Of a stretch of DNA of 32,000 nt, positions 29,022 to 32,000 are shown one piece after another. Location: positions 1,678,648 to 1,710,647 of the forward strand of contig NZ_CP008743.1 in the NCBI RefSeq assembly GCF_002117145.1. The letters run 5' to 3'. The position numbers were made by a program, and so were the translations under genes. This DNA is from Candidatus Nucleicultrix amoebiphila FS5. Its GTDB lineage: Bacteria; Pseudomonadota; Alphaproteobacteria; Caedimonadales; Nucleicultricaceae. Numbering within the stretch: the first letter of the stretch is position 1; each line of letters starts with the position of its first letter. The notes below the pieces were generated by a model that saw only the letters and a list, made by a program, of their open reading frames with translations, did not search any database and was not told where the DNA came from.

Positions 29022-30290
29022 ATGCGATCTATTGTAAAATTAACTGTCAATATCATTAAAAGCCCATTTTTTATCTTTGTGGGGTTGGGACTCGGCCTCT
29101 ATATTGGTGTTTATCATCAGCAATTGGGGCAATCCATGGCGCCTTATGGAAAGCTTTATATTTCCACTTTACAAATGTCCATTATTCCTTTGGTTGTTAC
29201 GTCCATTTCCTCGAGCATTGCCAATATTTTTCAAGACAGTCGAGGGAAAGATTACATAATGGGGATTGCTGCTATTTTTATACCATTTCTGATCTACACG
29301 AGCGCTATTGGTATTATTGCGGCATTGATCTTGCAGCCAGGCTTTGAAGTTCAAGGCAGCATGGAGGTCATTAAAATCTTGCGTAAGTATGGTCTGACGG
29401 TAAGCCCAGAAATTGGCATGGATGATTTTATTGAACCTTCCAATGCACGTGGGCTGATGAGTTTTTTCTTTGACGCTATACCGAATAATATTTTCTCAGC
29501 GTTTGCTGATGGCAAAATGATTCAATTAATTCTTGTTTCGATTATTTTTGGTGTCACCTTGGGCAGTTTGAAAACGGTGGCAAAAGGTCATCTTCTTCAG
29601 TTTATAGTGGCTGTGCAAGAAATCTTTACGAAAATTATTAGCGTTGTAATTAGAGCGTTACCTTTAGGGGTATTTTTCTTGGTTTCAAGCCAATTAGCGG
29701 GCACCAGTGTGGATGCGTTTTTAGCGATGCTTAATTACGTTATCATTCTATGCGCTGTGATTGTTGCCTTGCTTTTGGTGTTTAGTATTATTATCTGGCG
29801 ACGTTCTGGCTTTAGTTATTTTAATTCTTTAAGTGCTATGAAATATCCAGTTTTTTTAGCGTTGGTAATGTCCAGTAGTTTTGCGGCCATGCCAGCGGCT
29901 ATGGAAGTATTGACCGATAAATTTAAATTCGAACGCACAGCCACAAACCTCTTAATGCCTTTAGGAATGATTATATTTCGTTATGGAACAATTCTGACCT
30001 TTTCTTTCGCTATTATCTTTGTCGCTCAGCTCTATAACATTCCTCTCACTATGCAAGGATATATGATTGTTTTGGTTGGGTCAGCGATTGCTGGTGTCAC
30101 AACAACAGGAGCAGCGTCGATCGCAGCTCTCAGCATGATGAGCATCGTTTTTGAACCTTTGGGTTTGCCCTTTGGTGCCGCGTTGGTTCTTTTCGTTGCC
30201 GTTGATCCGATTATTGATCCTTTCCGCAGTTTGCTTACCATGTATATGAATGTTGGGGTCACCAGCTTGGTTGTAAATCGCGAGAAATAG
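29022..30290 (+). CDS. Dicarboxylate/amino acid:cation symporter (DAACS/SDF) family carrier, divergent
   Basis: 422 aa polytopic protein. SDF-like N-terminal region (LYISTLQMSIIPLVVTSISSSIANI) and an SSS-containing HP1-like segment (MSSSFAAMPAAME). The C-terminal region is VDPIIDPFRS....NVGVTSLV. It starts 18 nt after the cyclase stop. Confidence 0.8.
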   Translation: MRSIVKLTVNIIKSPFFIFVGLGLGLYIGVYHQQLGQSMAPYGKLYISTLQMSIIPLVVTSISSSIANIFQDSRGKDYIMGIAAIFIPFLIYTSAIGIIAALILQPGFEVQGSMEVIKILRKYGLTVSPEIGMDDFIEPSNARGLMSFFFDAIPNNIFSAFADGKMIQLILVSIIFGVTLGSLKTVAKGHLLQFIVAVQEIFTKIISVVIRALPLGVFFLVSSQLAGTSVDAFLAMLNYVIILCAVIVALLLVFSIIIWRRSGFSYFNSLSAMKYPVFLALVMSSSFAAMPAAMEVLTDKFKFERTATNLLMPLGMIIFRYGTILTFSFAIIFVAQLYNIPLTMQGYMIVLVGSAIAGVTTTGAASIAALSMMSIVFEPLGLPFGAALVLFVAVDPIIDPFRSLLTMYMNVGVTSLVVNREK

Positions 30291-30483
30291 AAACGTTGGC
30301 TCTGTGCCCGTTCAATAAAACGCCAATCAGACAAAATTAACCCTTTGTTAAACAATTGTTACCTTAGAGCTACAGGGGAAAATATTGCCTTCTTAATCTT
30401 AAGGAATCCTTGTGAATTGAGGAGGATAGGCCATAAAATGACTCTGTTATAAAACTAACAATAAATCTTAGGGAGAGTTGAGA

Positions 30484-31290
30484 ATGAAAAAACATATTTT
30501 GTTAATGCTGACCAGTGCGAGCATGCTCTTTGCCGGCATGACCAGTGAAACTTACGCCTCTGCTCAAAGAGCAAAGCAACAAGTTCAACACCAAGTTCAG
30601 GCTGCCGCAGCTGCTGTAGTTCCACCAGGAGGCCTTCTTTTGGATGCTGCTGAAGTTAATCAATTAAAAGCAGATATGTTAGCGCTTGTAACAACTGCAG
30701 GTATTGTGGGTGCTCATGGAGCTCCTTTTCAACCCGCTGCTAATCCTACAGCAGTGCAAGTTCACAATGCACTACAAGCAGCAGATGCAGCAATGGCTGC
30801 TGGGTTTACAGCACCTGGAGTAGGAGGGATACTCAATCGAATTCGTGCTCGTATTGGTTTGGCTCCTGCAGCTAACCCTGCTAATGATGGTGCTCTTGCA
30901 GGTGGTCAACCTGCGAACGATGATGTCATAACGAGAATTGACGATATCATTGGGGATGCCAACCATTTAGCAAACCTAGCTTATGCAGAAGTTGGAATTG
31001 TGTATGTTCCCGTTAACTACGCAGCAGGTGGCCCGCATGGTGCGGCAAACCTATTTCAAGGAAAAGAAGCGGCGATTACAGCTGAACTTGCTCGTGTTGT
31101 GAATGATGCGATAGGAACTCCTCATTTAAGTGGTGGTGCAAAAGCACTAAAGTTCGGTCCTCTTGTTGATCTCATGAGAGCTGGCTTCCATGATCTTGAA
31201 GTAGCTGCAGTCGGTGGTGGTGCAACAGCGGGAGCATCATGGGTAAACGTTAAAGCTACTATCAACGCTACAGGCGCTGTTTTAAACTAA
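30484..31290 (+). CDS. Secreted Ala/Gly/Pro-rich protein of unknown function
   Basis: The track ORF starts at TTG 30478. ATG 30484 follows GGGAGAG and gives the signal peptide MKKHILLMLTSASMLFAGMTSETYA/SAQ. The mature part is low-complexity and Ala-rich, and I recognise no motif in it. Confidence 0.7.
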   Translation: MKKHILLMLTSASMLFAGMTSETYASAQRAKQQVQHQVQAAAAAVVPPGGLLLDAAEVNQLKADMLALVTTAGIVGAHGAPFQPAANPTAVQVHNALQAADAAMAAGFTAPGVGGILNRIRARIGLAPAANPANDGALAGGQPANDDVITRIDDIIGDANHLANLAYAEVGIVYVPVNYAAGGPHGAANLFQGKEAAITAELARVVNDAIGTPHLSGGAKALKFGPLVDLMRAGFHDLEVAAVGGGATAGASWVNVKATINATGAVLN

Positions 31291-31317
31291 TAATAAAATT
31301 ACAGAGGGACTTTAAAA

Positions 31318-32000
31318 ATGAAAAAAACAATGAAAAAGACACTGGCCTTGGGGCTTATGACATCAGCACTTTTGATGTCTCCGTCTCAAGATGCTAACGC
31401 CTTTGTCAAAGGCTTTTACGTGGGTGCCAATGGTGGCGTGGGATACTTGAAAACCCGTGTGAACGCTGATTATGGAGCGAATCTAACACGTCGTTTTGAC
31501 CATGCTGGAATTGGAGCTACAGGTGGCCTTCATCTAGGATATGGATGGATGTTTGCTCAGTCCTGGTATACGGGCTTAGAAGGGAGCGGAGCTCTCTCCA
31601 GTATTAAGGGAGATGAGGATTCAGTGATTGATCTTGCGAACAACACGTTTGAAAAAACATCTTCTCAAGAACGCTACAATTTTGCTCTTGCCTTAAAGCT
31701 CGGTAAAGTCGTGGCTGACCATTGCATGGTTTACTTAAGACTGGGCGCGCGTTTTGCCAATTTCCGTTTCACTCAACAACAATATGTTCTTGGGGGAGCA
31801 GTGGATTCGCAAACAACGCTGAACAAGACAAAAGTTGGCTTTGAGCCAGGTCTTGGGTTTGCGGTAAAGATTGCTGATCGTTGGACGTTCCATGGAGAAT
31901 ACACCCATGCTTGGTTCAGTAAGCAAAGCTTTGCTAAGAATAACTTTAATGCTGCTGCTGCCGATAATTACAGCATGCAACCGCAAGTGGGTCGCTTCTT
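31318..32000 (+). CDS. Small beta-barrel outer-membrane protein (Omp25/porin-family-like), 3' end beyond window
   Basis: Not in the ORF track because no stop is reached. ATG 31318 (GAGGG 9 nt upstream) opens frame 1 to the window end (227 codons). Signal peptide is MKKTMKKTLALGLMTSALLMSPSQDANA/F. Then come alternating amphipathic strands with aromatic ends (GFYVGANGGVGY, GLHLGYGWMF, YNFALALKLG, VGFEPGLGFAVKI, WTFHGEYTHAWF), typical of OMP_b-brl proteins. Confidence 0.75.
   Translation, partial: MKKTMKKTLALGLMTSALLMSPSQDANAFVKGFYVGANGGVGYLKTRVNADYGANLTRRFDHAGIGATGGLHLGYGWMFAQSWYTGLEGSGALSSIKGDEDSVIDLANNTFEKTSSQERYNFALALKLGKVVADHCMVYLRLGARFANFRFTQQQYVLGGAVDSQTTLNKTKVGFEPGLGFAVKIADRWTFHGEYTHAWFSKQSFAKNNFNAAAADNYSMQPQVGRF

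Noticed and set aside
30351-30360. A 10-bp palindrome AACAATTGTT upstream of the Ala-rich protein gene, considered as a possible operator.
   Set aside because: It is too short to stand out from chance, and no repeat of the motif occurs elsewhere in the window.
31735-31986. An 83-aa reverse-strand ORF near the window end.
   Set aside because: It is antisense to the open + frame, which encodes a signal peptide plus beta-barrel strands (31318 onward). The OMP reading is far better supported.

Overview
About two thirds of the window (1-21.1 kb) is one contiguous + strand block of translation genes, the str-S10-spc-alpha ribosomal superoperon. It holds the 3' end of rpoC, rpsL-rpsG-fusA-tuf, rpsJ through rpsQ, rplN through rplO, secY-adk, then rpsM-rpsK-rpoA-rplQ. 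Many junctions overlap or nearly abut (ATGA overlaps at rplC/rplD, rplD/rplW and secY/adk; TAATG at rplV/rpsC). The gene order (no map/infA/rpmJ after adk, no rpsD before rpoA), the protein sequences and the AT-rich DNA suggest a low-GC alphaproteobacterium, possibly host-associated. That placement is inference only. The block is interrupted once, by a reverse-strand secreted thermolysin-like zinc metalloprotease gene between adk and rpsM, bounded by a bidirectional terminator and a 330-nt AT-rich spacer. Downstream come an HtrA/DegP protease and RarA/MgsA, followed by an accessory-looking region (24.1-32 kb). That region encodes a LysR regulator and a tightly packed set of four genes: an Asp/Glu-family racemase, an orphan periplasmic solute-binding protein, a Cache-HAMP class III nucleotide cyclase and a divergent DAACS carrier. 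It ends with a secreted Ala/Gly-rich protein of unknown function and a truncated small beta-barrel outer-membrane protein. I saw no tRNA, rRNA, CRISPR array, IS element, integrase or recognisable defence system. The best candidates for something new are three: the racemase/SBP/cyclase/carrier module, a sharp synonymous-codon anomaly confined to tuf, and the protease gene lodged inside the ribosomal superoperon. All functional readings come from motif recognition by eye, with no searches run.
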